NCBI GenBank assembly: GCA_964188305.1
Contig: OZ076893.1
Length of the DNA: 64,000 bases
Source of the DNA: Podarcis bocagei
Lineage: Eukaryota
Reading direction: 5' to 3' (one strand)
In this document: in pieces, positions 35,941 to 49,601 of the stretch
Numbering within the stretch: the first letter of the stretch is position 1
Layout: every line of letters starts with the position of its first letter
The notes under the pieces: generated by a model
Databases searched by the model: none
Told to the model about the DNA's origin: nothing
Seen by the model: the letters and a program-made list of their open reading frames with translations, nothing else
Made by a program: the position numbers and the translations under genes

Positions 35941-37793
35941 GTTTGGAATGGGCAGTAGTGCGATTGGGATCCAAAGGGGCAGCAAAGTCAAAGATGTGAG
36001 GATTCTGGGTGGCGGGGAGGATTAGATTGTACATATGGAAATGAACTGGCTGGCAAAGCCTGTCTGAAAATGTTGGGTCCTCCATCATTTGTGAACAAGT
36101 TGCTCTCAGTGCTTCAAAGTAATCTCTGGCTGATAGACCAGTAGACCCAATTATTAAGTGCTGCACGGTCTCAGATTTAAACGTTGCCCCGTAATGTTAC
36201 CCTTCCATCCATTTGCCTTATCAGATACGTAGCTCTCAGTCTCCATACCTGGCATAGGAATTTGATTATCTTAAATGGTTTTGAATGGGCCTTAGAGAGG
36301 AAGGAGTTTGCACACAGAGGAAACAAAACGCACACAGGATAAAGTTGGTGGCTCATAAGTTTGGTTTCCTATAAAGAAAATTTTTGTGCCTGATTGCCTC
36401 CCAATTACATTAGACAAATCTGCCGTGTTTGATAATTACATTATTACATTAAACAAATCCAACAACGAATTAGGATTGCCTTTTGTTTACTTACGACAGT
36501 CTAGTCTAAAAAATGAGCAAGGATTTCAGACATTTATAATAAAAGCAGAATGACGAAAAAGACCTCTCTTTTTTTAGTATGCATTAATGAGTTTGTCCCC
36601 CCAAAATATATGCAATAATATGGGAAATTAAGTTATAAATGTAGGGATGTTCTCCGAGTCNNNNNNNNNNNNNNNNNNNNNNNNNNNNNNNNNNNNNNNN
36701 NNNNNNNNNNNNNNNNNNNNNNNNNNNNNNNNNNNNNNNNNNNNNNNNNNNNNNNNNNNNNNNNNNNNNNNNNNNNNNNNNNNNNNNNNNNNNNNNNNNN
36801 NNNNNNNNNCAGGCTATGGCAAAGGCAAGTCAGACCTGAATTCATCAAATATATATTATCACAATATTACATGTTCACTTCGATTCCAAGCAAAGACAAA
36901 CATCCTCACTCACCAGTATCTGCTCAGTGCATTTGTATTATTCATGAACAACTCTGTGATCTATTATACATACAAAACTGATTGTACGTCGCTTGCCCCA
37001 GGCTACAAGGCAGAGACACAGAATTAATTTTATTATATACACATGCATGATAATTGTGTAGGATTCGGTCAAATATCAAACCCTGCTCCTGCGCTCCATT
37101 ATTTTACTTTCCAAAAAGGGGTCTAAGGTCAGCAGCAATTTCTCTTTGGTGACAGTGAAACTCTTTGTCATTTAGAGGAGAAACTTGCTGGATACTAATG
37201 AGCCTAGAGCTGAGCAGAATGGCTGTACAACACTCCCCTTTCCCCTCAGCCCCCACTCATCACCAAAGGGAGTAAAAAATATATAACTTTTGCTCAGACT
37301 GTCATCAATTTCTCCCTTCTCTCACACATTGACATCCTTTTATGGTTTCATTGATTCAAGTTTCTGCATTGACCAAAGGCACAGACAGAGGGAAATCCTT
37401 CATTTTTAAAAAGAATTCTGTGGAATAAAATTAATTTTTTTGCAACCCATGCCATTTTGAGAGCCAACACAGCTAACCTTGCAAGTTGTATGTGAGAAAG
37501 TTCAAATCTCACAAAGGCACTATGATGGCCTTTTGATCTCCTTTTAGTCTTAGTTCTCCCATCAACTGTTGGGGGGCCATCATAGTGAAATATATTCTGG
37601 GGTTGTTGCAAGGAGGCCTGAGAGAATATACAGGAAGTGATGTGGACACTTGAAAGTGCTGGATAAAGGCTGGGAACTCATGTGGGGTGATGGGGAAGAA
37701 TTGGAAGTGAGGGCTCAAGATGCGACTCCAGCAATACAAACTGCAGAATGTGCCCTAAACCTATAAAGCGTGTTCTCCTTCATGGAGAGCATG

Positions 37794-38572
37794 TGTTGCG
37801 GTGGGGGCTAGCAAGACACCCCACTGTTGCTGGGCGGGAAAGAATTTGGCCATCATTAGCAGAGGGCTGGCTGTTGCTGGGGAGAATAATATGTTGTCAT
37901 TTTTTGATAGACAACCCTAGTCTTTAAATGCCCTGCACGCAGCATTGAGCTTCCTCTTTTCGCTGTGTGCGTCAGATCACCCGCTCCCCCTCCCTATTTT
38001 AGACTGTTCACTTGACCTTGCTATGCCTGTCATTGGGTCGTCTGCTCTTGGGGCAGGGGCCCGGTAGGAATTTTGTCCATTTGGCTGATTAGCTGGTGCA
38101 ATTTGGGTTTTGCCTACTGTGTAGCAAATCGTCACAACTTGTAAGGTTGCGGTTAGGCATTGGTTTGGGAATTGGTTGGTGGAGGGGTGTGGATTTGGCT
38201 GTGCCTGCCCCTCCAAAAGTGCTGCTGCTGCAAGGGTTTTCCGTTAAAGGAACCCTGGGGCTCGCCATGCTTTTGTCCGAACCCTGTCAAGGGGCTAGGG
38301 CCACGCAAGAGCCCCTGGGAGCATTTGGGGAGAGGTGAGGCATGGTTCCCAGTCCCGTCTCTCTCCCCGGGTGTCTTACCCTTTTCTGACTTCGTGCGAA
38401 TGTCAGACTGTCCCCGTGCGGGGTCAGATAGATGCAACCAATGCCTAAGCAACCACTCACATTGCTTGTAATTTAATAAACTTGTGGCCAAAATTATGCC
38501 AAAAACCTTAAACAAAAATAATGTGTCACTTGTGTTTTCTTGAAGGGTGTCTTGGGGACCTCGACACGCAAC
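37794..38572 (+). mobile_element. LTR-like solo terminal repeat (possibly Ngaro/DIRS tyrosine-recombinase type)
   Basis: GTTGCG...CGCAAC termini; AATAAA at 38475; shares motifs CGTTAAAGGA, GTCCGAA, GGCTAGGGCC, CCAATGCCTAA and AATAAA.TTGTGGCCA with 59369-59908; no clear TSD. Confidence 0.5.
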
Positions 38573-40738
38573 TGGTGAAAAAGAGAAGAAGCTGCAGGGT
38601 TGACCTGGACTGTGACGCTGAAAATGCTTCAAGTCAGGTCTAGCACCAGAACCATCTTCATAATGCCCTTGACTGAGCCTTCTTCTCTGCAGGGGGCCAA
38701 GCTGGTGGTGAATGGAAGTATTAGGCAACAGCATCACTTAAATGAGCTCTGAGTTGCCATTTACACTTCCTACAATATACTGGAGTGCCACTAGCAAAGC
38801 ATCACTCCGAGGCATTGTGGGAAATTCAGGAAGCTTTGTGGTGGGCGGGAGACATGTTTCACATGGTGTTGGGGCATGGCAGGCAATTATGAAATCACAA
38901 ATGTAACTCAGATCGGCCACTAGTGACAAGATTACTGGAGGTAAAAGATGGTAGAGGAGATTTCAATGAACACCTTAAGGCATCATTAAATGGTGGGGCT
39001 GGTTCTTTAAATTAGTTATCCAGGGCTAGTGGGGGAATGGGACCCCCTAGAAGTCTGTTCTTTAACTCTTGCCCCCCCCCCAATTGCTAAAGGGGCTGGG
39101 CATGGGAAAAAAGACAGGACTAACTCAGGAGACCCTAGAAGGTGTGGTGAAGAGGAACCGGGGTAGATCTGATCCTCACTTCTGAGCCAAGGTGAAATTG
39201 CTTTTCGTGCTGGTGTTTCTGAATGAGCTGTATAGTAGTCCCATTCTTTCCCTTCATTGGGGCACTGAGATTTAAAATAAATGGATTAATTATTCCATTC
39301 GCAAATACAAGAGCTGCCTTCAGTAAAGTTGTGGCCCTCTGTTAACTCCACTGAATTCTCTTGTCTCTTTATTTTGGGGTCTACGGGGGGAAAGCAGATA
39401 GTGACATTTGAAGAAGGTAAACCTTAAACTGAAGCAACGGGACTATAGCTTTTACAATATAACACAACCTTTGGGTCACTTCAGGCCATTTCCATGGGGT
39501 TTGCATGCGGTGGTCTTTGAGACACAGCATTAACCCAATAATAATTAAAATGATCTACTGTACTATTAACATTCTCAAATCTTGAAAGCAAATGGAGCTG
39601 CGCCTGCAGCATAGCGCTGACTAATTAAAGAGAATACAGTTGTAAATGGCTATTGTAAGCAGTTTCCTTTCAAAAAATACAGCGCCAAGGAGTGTAGTTT
39701 ATGGCAGTGGGAGAATTAGGGGAATTGATCAGCACTAAACAGAGGCCAGTGGAGGCAGGGAATAGTAACTAAACCAACTTTCTTGCAATATTCAATTTTA
39801 AAGCATAATCATTTATTAATTCTCTTTTAGTAGAGGATCTGTGTGCTGGCTAGAAGCAGAAGGCAACTGTGCACTTTTAAGGTGTATAGGAGTGAAATGA
39901 TAGCTGGCCCTGATGTCTATGGATTTGCATTTATGATTCAGCAGACTCTGAAGGAGACAGCATGATTCAGAACCGTTAAACACAAAATATTTTATTCAAG
40001 TTGGCACCCCTGGAGTCAACAAAGCCATACTTAGGAGATCTGCCACAAAATGTTGCAAGTGTATTCTTTTTCTAACAGAAGTGGTCATGTTCAGGGTTCT
40101 AAACATCTCAGCATGTGTTTTCCATTTTTCCTTTCCCATTGGCACTCAACATTCCATAATGCTCTATTTCCCTATTGGACTGTTTGAGGGGGATTTTGTC
40201 CCCTTAATTTATGATGTATACAGTTATAAATATAGTAATGTATAGACAGANNNNNNNNNNNNNNNNNNNNNNNNNNNNNNNNNNNNNNNNNNNNNNNNNN
40301 NNNNNNNNNNNNNNNNNNNNNNNNNNNNNNNNNNNNNNNNNNNNNNNNNNNNNNNNNNNNNNNNNNNNNNNNNNNNNNNNNNTAGTCAGCATGGAATTAT
40401 GGTCCACCCCCCTCACTGTTGTTCACTTTTAGGTGTCAGTGGAAGACCTATTTATGAACATGGCCTGCAGGGAGATAAATTTGATTCGAGTCCAGCAGTG
40501 TGGTAATGTTCTGGTGCATTATATTGGCTTACTTTTTTGTAGATGATTTTACAATTGTTGTATTTATTTATTGTTTATTTCATAATATTTATATACTGCT
40601 TGATTGTAAGAAAAGACCTCAAAGTGGGTAAAGACCTCAAAGCAGTTGTAAATGGTGATATGTTGTTGTTGTTGTTGTTTTGCAGACTGACTCTGGTTCC
40701 CTTAAGAAAAAGGGTGATATACAAACACTGACCTTAGT

Positions 40739-40740
<2 letters not shown>

Positions 40741-40793
<53 letters not shown>
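40741..40793. repeat. (CAA)n microsatellite
   Basis: Pure trinucleotide run. Confidence 0.95.
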
Positions 40794-42003
40794 GTAAACA
40801 AACAAGTAAAAGCATTTCAGTTTTGTCCTTTAAAAATAAATAAATCTGAAATTTGAATTTGAAATGAATTCATCTGCAGGTGCTGAGCCACAGCTCCATT
40901 TTAGCTTGTATGGCAGAATGTGATACTTTTAAACTGTTGCAAAAAACACACACAAAAAAGCACACCACCAGTACAATAAAAACAGCTATTTCATGCACAA
41001 TAATGACTATGCAATGAGGAGGCGGGAAATGATAAAGATGATTATATACGAGGATTGGAATGGAAATAGTGGCAGCTGCCACAATCAAGCAGCTGTGAGT
41101 GTTCCAGTAGCAAGAGCGGAACAATAGCAAACCTTCCGCCCCACCCTCCATTCTGTAGAATCACGTTCCCCTATATAGTGTACAGTTCAACTCTTATAGC
41201 CCATGAAACTCAGTTGGCAGAGATACTTCATCCAACAGACTTACAGAGAAGGTACTAAAACAGCTGAGGAGCGTGAGGTAGCCTGGAAGCTGAAATGCAG
41301 TGCTTCTGCCATTATTTCGTCTTCCATGGTGCATAACCGTGAGCTGGTAGGCCTACAATGGTCTGTGAAGGCTTCCCAGAGATCCTGGGCCCACAGAGGT
41401 AGAAAAGAGTCCACCCAGAGTGCCAGAGAGATTATTGCTGCTTTAGTCTCTGGAGACAGAAAGCTTTCCGGGTTATAAATACTCCCATTCCATTCCTTTT
41501 CTGGTATGCATTCTCAGTAGAGAGATGGCCTCAGAAAAGAAGGGAAAGAACAAAGCCCCCACAGAGCCATGGAGCCCACACTCTGCCCCGTGGGAATGCA
41601 GCTGAAGTAGAGCCAAACAATAGGGCTTGGTAAAGGTATAACAAGGATGAGTTGAGGAAACGTAGTGACTCAGGTTGCCAGAAAAAGAGGTTGTGTTGTC
41701 GCCCAGCAGAGCTCACTTTCTTAGGGAAAAGAGGGGGACAAGAAGTCCTGTTGTACAAGTGGAAGTCATTCTGCCTGCACATTTTAAAAAACTGAATAGC
41801 ACCCTAAACTGTGACCCTAGTATAGGCCCTTTTATACACATTTCTTAGCTGGAAAACTAGATGACAATCTGAATTTCAAAGGTTGGTTTTGTTTTGGTTT
41901 GCATATTGCTTCTGAAAGTGCAAATTTGGTGTGTTTGCCTATAGATGAGAACTGGATCGTATTTCTCCTCAATCCTTACTATTTGGCCACCTAGAATAAA
42001 GTA

Positions 42004-42253
42004 CAGTGGTACCTCGGGTTAATTTGTACTTAATTCGTTCTGGAGGTCCGTTCTTAACCTGAAACTGTTCTTAACCTGAAACTCTTCTTAACTTTAGCTA
42101 ATGGGGCCTCCTGCTGCCGCCACACCGCCGGATCATGATTTCTGTTCTCATCCTGAAGCAAAGTTCTTAACCTGAGGTACTATTTCTGGGTTAGCAGAGT
42201 CTGTAACCTGAAGCGTATGTAATCTGAAGTGTATGTAACCCGAGGTACCACTG
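42004..42253. mobile_element. Tc1/mariner (Tigger/pogo-like) MITE
   Basis: Perfect TIRs CAGTGGTACCTCGGGTTA / TAACCCGAGGTACCACTG flanked by TA dinucleotides. Confidence 0.92.
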
Positions 42254-43077
42254 TAGTCCCCTTGTTGCCCTTTCAAATTGCCATTGCAAGGGCTATTGTT
42301 ATATAACAAGAGCAAAACTGCTGTTCCTTTCTGGCTAGTTCTGGCGCCTTCCCTGTAACATTTGGATGACTGAAATCATGTGGCGGGTGCAGATGATGTA
42401 GAACATTATCTTATCAGCCCTGTCAGTGAGGTAGAGACACGAAGTGGGAGCTACTCGGACAATGCGCGCTTACCACATGATTTCAGTCATCCATAGTTCC
42501 AGTCATGGAGAGGAACGCTAACATAATATAGTGGATATGCATTTAAACCATGTCGCTCGTAACAAAATATACGCCAGTTAACATCAACATTTTGCTCTAG
42601 CTACTTTGTGATTTCCTACTCCTGTGGTGCGATGAGATTTGGAAGCAATTTTCTTGCTTTCTGCATTTGATCGCACACTTAACATCTGCAAGGAGGCGAG
42701 GAAGCCCGATTTATTTTGCTCATAGTCGTGTCAAATCTGACATGAACTCTAAACAAAGAGCAGCGATTGTTGTTACATTGCATTTCATCACTTTTGCATA
42801 CCAAAGTCCACCATGTTTATATGTCTTTCTGAAGATACCATCTGAACGGAGACTGTCTTCTTAAACCTGACAGATGTTTTGCATTACATTGGTGTCTGTC
42901 TCACTTCATTGTTCCTCAGTAGCATAGTGGATAGTCAACGATATTCAAGTTTTTCAAAAGATTCATGAATATCCACAATTCTACCTTGTTAAACTGGCAG
43001 GCTACAGACGCCTAAATCCTTGCACACTGAGAGTTGCTTCAAACATTACAACAGAGGAAGTGGAACTGACTCAAAGC

Positions 43078-43416
43078 TGGGGTGGTGGATAAATCTGCTT
43101 GATTTCCATTTCCTCTCTAATGCACACAATACACAAAATGAAACGCAGCTATCCTTTAAAATCCAAATTTTGCAATGTAGTTCTCCAGCCAAAATATGTG
43201 TAGAAAAATTGATATATCAGGGAACAAGTGTGCATAATAAGCATATATTAGGCAAAATGGCATAACGTGTATAATAAGAGAAATGTACACTAACATGCTG
43301 GCACATTTGCATGAGAACTTTGCTTTAAAATCACAAACTGATGCAGACGTGTGGCCTGCTGAACTCAAGATTGGAAAACTGGGAGAAGCCAGATTCAACA
43401 GAGTCATCTGTCCCTA
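43078..43416. mobile_element. Degenerate MITE-like repeat (reverse orientation)
   Basis: Contains AATTTTGCAATGTAGTTCTCCAGCCAA and ends CATCTGTCCCTA, as reverse complements of the family motifs. Confidence 0.5.
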
Positions 43417-43810
43417 ATGCTAAATTAGATGTGATGGCAGGAGACCTATTGGTTTAAACCCAGATCTGTTCTAATCATGTATAAAACATTTGTTATGCCC
43501 ACACAGCTAGGTGATTATTAAAGCAAAATCTGTGCACACAGCTGAGTGGTGATGTTGAGGCCACAACTTCATTTCCCATGCTATGACGCCCTGGGTGCTT
43601 TTTTCATCAGTTCTGGTAGTAAACTTGGATGAGGGGCGGAGAAACACGGGGAGGGGCAAGATTACAGGAAGATAATGAAGGGGTTTTAGACCATTTCAGA
43701 ACCCTTTAGCTGCATCCCCCTTTGTTCTATAGATCAGACTCCCACAAGGCATCTTTCTGGGATTGGGGCAGACACAGATTTCGACAATGATATGGGGTTG
43801 CCCTATCATC

Positions 43811-43933
43811 TGTCAGGGAATGGTCAGAACAGGAAGACTGGGAAGTGTGCATTCAGTCTGATCAGCTTCTCTCCAAAGAGGAGGGGGAGGGGGAAGCTTT
43901 GCCCCCCTCCCTGCCTACAGCAGTTTCAGGAGA

Positions 43934-43997
<64 letters not shown>

Positions 43998-44364
43998 ATA
44001 CCATTCAAGGAAGAATTGCCTAGCTACGAGATAGTGGAGGAGGAAGGGGAGGCGAAAGCGCAGCCGGCAGAGACCTCCCTGGAGAGTATGGGGAATCCTC
44101 CATCTCCACGGGCCCGTCAGTCCCTCCACATCCTAGAACAGAGAAGGCAGAGGGGTGGGACTCCTGGGACTTCCTGTTGCTACTCAGGATGTTGTTGGGG
44201 ACAGAAGAGGTGGGTCTCAGAGTAGCCAACGTCCCTCTTTGTGCAGAGACATGGATTCTTGTCTTGCAACCAGATGACTGAATAAAAAGGACTATAAAAT
44301 ACAAACTGCTTGTTATTCTTGCCTTTGATGCTACCAGAGGGGGGTGGACTCTCCACACCTGACA
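43811..44364 (+). mobile_element. Solo Gypsy-type LTR (distinct family) containing a (GA)n microsatellite
   Basis: TGTCAGG...CCTGACA 7-bp inverted termini; TSD TCATC (43806-43810, 44365-44369); AATAAA at 44281; (GA)n at about 43937-43994. Confidence 0.9.
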
Positions 44365-46040
44365 TCATCTCCAGTTTGGCACTTGTGCTTTCTCTTCTGC
44401 TATCATTGGATGCCTTCATGTGAGCCTGTATATTTCCATGCAAAAGGGTGTGTGCGCACACATGCGTGAGTGTTCTGTCTCCATATCAGGAGGGTGTGTG
44501 TACATTTCCATAAGGAGATGTCCACTTTGGCTCTCTGCCTTTACACGAGACTCGGGCTGCTTCCAGACAGGTGCTTACTGCGGGATGCTCATGCATGCAG
44601 ACTTTTCGCAGCATCCACCTAACCTTACTGACATCAAAATAAGATCTTGGGGGGTTTATTTTTGCATTGAGTCTGGAGTTTTCCTTTCCTTTCCAATAAA
44701 AACCCGACAGGCTTAAAACACAGCAAGAACCTGTTGCCAACAGACAATTTGAAATATTAAGCTTCCGTCTGAAATAACCCTCAGAAGTGGCAGGAGTAGA
44801 AATATGTGACGCTCGTGTTTGCTCTTTAGAATCTTTGGACCATGATCTTTTATTGCCTTTTAATCACTAAACAGAGAAGAGGATGCCCTAGAATTGGGGA
44901 GGATAGAGGCACAGGGAGGGGGAGGCAGAGGAGTGAACAGCTGCAAACAGGAAAAATGCATTTAAAGGACAACATAGAAATGCCACTTGGGATGTGAAGC
45001 AATTCAAAGACCTTGGAAAGTAGACCTAAGACAAGGAATATGAACCCATGCTTCTTTATTGTATTTCACTAAAATGAAGCTAGGAAAAGAGCATCCAAAA
45101 TCTGATTTGGCTCATCTTTTCATACCTCTCTGACTTTGACAGGCAAGAAATGAAAGCTTTGGTTGGCTCCTGTAGCAGATTACTACAGGCCATTCATAAT
45201 TAATTCCAAGGACTTGAGAAGCTACCTGCAAAAAAAAGTTGAAATGTAAAACATTAATACATTTAAGCAAGAAAACTGTCAGTTCTGTTTATTTAAAGTT
45301 TATTTATATCCAACCCTTTCTCCCAAAGGAGCCCAGGAACCCACACAGATTTATATGTCACATTAACATATTTAAGCAACAAAACTCTCAGATAAGGGCA
45401 TATTTTTAAAAAACCCACTTTGTTCTCAAAGCTTCAGTGGTTAATTTTGGTATGGAACAAGTAACCAAAAGAAATAACATTTCCAGTGAGAGCTATTATG
45501 CCTTCACTTTTTCAACACCTAGGCTCAGATTTCTGGAGGGCCGTTATGTTATGCGAGCTATGCTTTGTCACTCTGGATAGCTGCAAATACATTTTCTAGT
45601 ATTTTTGAAAGGTTACACATCTCAAACCACTCAGGTTAACACGTTCGTTGAGAACTATGCTCCCACCACACACAGAAAAGGATCGCTCAGGTTGAGAAGA
45701 GATGAAGCAGGGTCTGTCCACGAACGAAGGAAATTGTGAGAAATAATTCAAATACAACTGAAAAATCCGCCTTGAGTGAAAAATGTCTTGGCTCTGTTTG
45801 ATACACAGATGCTTGTGGTATAGCCTGTAATATTTACTTGCAACAACCCTGTGGAGGCTTCATAAGCTTCTTGAACTTTAAAGGATCCAGCGTTGAAAGG
45901 ATGCAAAATCATCCCTTTCTCATCAGGCCTTTGGCTATTGGGTGGGATGGTTTAATGTAGTTATTTAAAAACAGAATCGTCTTTCAGATTGCTTGTGCTT
46001 AAAATATTGTAAGTGTCTTTGAGCTGCCATGACAAAAATG

Positions 46041-46494
46041 CTGTACTTTCCCATGTATAAGACTGGGGGCTTTTTTTCTCTCTCTTTTTTTTTTTTTTTT
46101 GGTAAAAAATAATGTTAATGGGGAGGGGGCATCTTATACACAGATAGTGCATTGTGAGGACATGGGATTGGTTGCTGCCGTGAGTTGGAGATTGTTATTG
46201 GTGGATGTGGCAAGGGCTGGTGCTGATTGGCTGCCGCTTCGGCAATTGGGCAGCCGATTTGATGCTTTTGTCAGTGAGGGGACAGCGGATAGGTGCCTTT
46301 TGTGATACATGCTAGCAGCAGTTGATCTTTCTTGCGGGTGAGCAATTTTTGGCAATCCCCCCTAACTCTGGGTCACCCCTCCAAAAAAAGCTCAACAACT
46401 CTGGGCAATCCCCCCCCCAATTATCTTAATTTTGAGTTCCCAAAATTAGGGGGTGTCTTATACATGGGGGCGTGTTATACACAGAAAAATACGG
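46041..46494. mobile_element. Tc1/mariner-superfamily (Tc2/pogo-like) non-autonomous element
   Basis: Degenerate TIRs CTGTACTTTCCCATGTATAAGAC / GTGTTATACACAGAAAAATACGG followed by TA. Confidence 0.65.
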
Positions 46495-49400
46495 TAATAC
46501 AATTTAAGCAAAAAGACTGATGGCAGCCTATCCTTGGCTGAAATGTGGAGCAATGACAAGTCTGGCAACACCCAAACAAGCTGTCATGATGTTATAGATT
46601 CTTCATAAATATTCTGTGGAGCAAATTAAACTCTCACTGATTCCAGCATGCATCCAGGGAGGTGTACGCACAGGAAAAGGCTTCTTAATACACATACCCC
46701 TACAAGAAAAAGTGATAGACAGATGGACAGTTTAATGTGTGAGGTTGGAATTTTAATCTGCTTTAATGATGATGAGTACCGAACCAGGAAGTGGTAGCTA
46801 TTCCAGTTTAATTAAGTAAATGGGTGTGATCATAAACATATTATTCCCACCCTCTGTTATTTCAACAAGACACACTTATTCTTATTTCTTCCTAGATTGC
46901 AGCACATACATTTTTATTTTTGTTTATTTCTTGGAAATTCATTAGTTTAAGTGAGCCAGTATGATCACATTTTTATTTTTATTTTTTTTTTGGGGGGGGG
47001 TATTTGTATATAGACTACTTTGCTTTTCAGATACAGTTATTTGTATTTATTTACAAGAAAAAAGTTTCCATTTCTATTGGGCTTAAGGCAGTTTATGAAT
47101 ACACAAATTACATTAAACAAATCTAAACCCTAACCTTAAAATAAAAAGCAGGAGATGGAGGGACATCCCCAAAGGACCGAGAAAACGTGAACGGTATCCA
47201 TTAATGGCCTTTTGATTCAAAACAAGTTGTGACTGCCTTCTGGGTAGCAGATAATGATAGAACAGGTCTAAACAGCAGCACTAAAACAGAAAATAGCTTC
47301 AACAATTTTACTTCACAAGGTGAGGAATCTAGCATAAAGCATTCACCTGTTGATCCCAACTTGAGAGGAGAGTTCATAAATTATATGCGTTTTAGCTGGG
47401 ATTATATCCCCCACCCCACCCCACAATAGCAGAATCCTCATTATTCCTTTTAATCATTTTGGTTTACAGGGCAGGAATCCATGTTCTAAAGCACAACCAA
47501 ATACGACGATATCTCGCAGTCTTATCGTACACAGGTTCGGCCAAGTGAAACTGTATTTAGCCACTTAATGTTGCTACACAAGAAATGGAGGGCAATTCTT
47601 TGCCTGGAAAGTTTATGTTGGCAAGAAGTGTGGAGCTGCTTGGGTGAAAGATTATCTGGCATTTACTGCATCAATGTACTTTGGTTAATCTTGCAGAAAG
47701 GTTCCACATTCAAAGAAAAGTCAATTAAGAAAAAAGCCACATGTTTTTGCAATGGCCAAGAGGGTATTCAAGTGCATGAGGGAAACATTTCCATAATAGA
47801 TACAGAAAATAACAAGCCTTGAATTATATTTGTAGCTTGCAGAATGAGCCAGGGATTGACTAGCAGGTGAGCACAAAATAACACAAAATAACACATCTTC
47901 CTGGCCACTTCTGAGCACTATGTACCTCCTAAACAGTGGCTTCTTTGAAGCATCGTTTTTATATATGTTGAAATTTAAGCAGGAAAATAAGCAACATCCC
48001 AATTCTGAGCTCAGCTTCAGTAATGCATTTTCCGCTAATTATTATGCCCTTTAAAAAAAAGAAAAAGCCCAGAATGGTATGCTCAAACGATTTCTCGGAA
48101 CCAACACAAAAACATCAATCACATGACTGCACGCTGCCAGTAATAGCAAATTCTATTAATATTCACCTAAGAAAACCAGTTTGTTGACCTAAAGTACTCC
48201 TGCTTGCTATTTTATTCTTTGGAAATTATGTAGATCCTGAGGGATAACTGTACCGAGGTTTTGATGCAAATATTAAAATTCTATTTAGATGTACAATGCC
48301 TTAATGCAAATTTTTANNNNNNNNNNNNNNNNNNNNNNNNNNNNNNNNNNNNNNNNNNNNNNNNNNNNNNNNNNNNNNNNNNNNNNNNNNNNNNNNNNNN
48401 NNNNNNNNNNNNNNNNNNNNNNNNNNNNNNNNNNNNNNNNNNNNNNNAGCCAGATGAAGGTAATTTAGGTTCCCCCCCCCCTTTTCTTCTCACAGTTATA
48501 TCATGAAGGATATCTTAAATTTCATTAGTACAACAAAGGGGTGAGAAGTTAGACAATAAAAAAAAGAGATGAGTGAATTTGACCTTTCTTGTTTCATTGC
48601 AGGCAGAAAACATACATCTTTCTAAAGTATTAGTAATATTTCTTCGGCTCCCATCTCTGGGAAAAAACTTTTTTTTATTATTAGCAGCTATGGAACATTA
48701 GTATGTAAAAGGTCAGATTCATTCCAATACTCGCAGGCCCTGCTGGTGCCATGATACTTAAGAGGGCTACTTATAATTTCATTTGCCATGATTGCTTTGA
48801 TATAGGGGTGCAGGAGCAGCAAGGAAGGGCTAAGGTCTCTGCTTCAGAAAGTATTATTTTGGAACCAGATTTAGCTTAGAAGAGCCTTGCAAAAAATCGA
48901 CACACAAGAACTTTTTAATGGGTACACTGTGGGGTTAACAAAACTTAACCATTAGGTTTCGACGCACATTAGCAAAGCAACAGTAGAGGATGTAACTTTG
49001 GGTTTTGTTTGTTTGCTTTCCTTCCAGGGAATTTGCCTGAAATCACAATGAACTCAGTAGATCTCAAGGGCATCTTATGGATCTGCAACCACAAATGAGC
49101 AGAAATGTGGCATTTTTCTCATCAGAGAACAAAGAAAAAGACCATATTTCTGATACTATTTCTGATGTTTTTCAGTTGCTCGTCCACATGCATCCTTGAA
49201 AAAGAAGACCGCTGTTCACAATGTTCTCAAAATATTAGGAATATAAAAAGACTCTTGCCAGATTTAGGCCCATCTAAATCCAACTTCCTCTTTTTCCCAA
49301 TGGCAAGTGATATTCTCCACGATTTTGTCTGTGTGATTATCATTCACACACACACACACAGAACCCCAGAATTATCTAACCATGCAATTCTATCCATGTC

Positions 49401-49601
49401 TGCTGAGAAATAAGTCCCACTGGATTCAATGAGACTTACTCCTAGGTAAGTGAACACAAGGACAGGAAAGGTATCTTCAAGAAGACAAATGAGAGTGAGC
49501 TCAGATGCATAGAGCCAATGAGAAGAAGCAGGATACTGAACTGAACACGATTAATACAGTAATTGAACCAGTTGTCTGAGATCCCTCACTGTTATCTAGC
49601 A

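Noticed and set aside
38240-38320. Pistol-ribozyme-like words (GGCTAGGGCCACG, CGTTAAA)
   Set aside because: The words are in the wrong order, and I could not build the required pseudoknot or P1 stem.
44554-44780. Possible PIF/Harbinger MITE (GGGCTGCTTCCAGAC...GTCTGAAATAACCC)
   Set aside because: TIRs are degenerate and the 3-bp TSD does not match; left unannotated.
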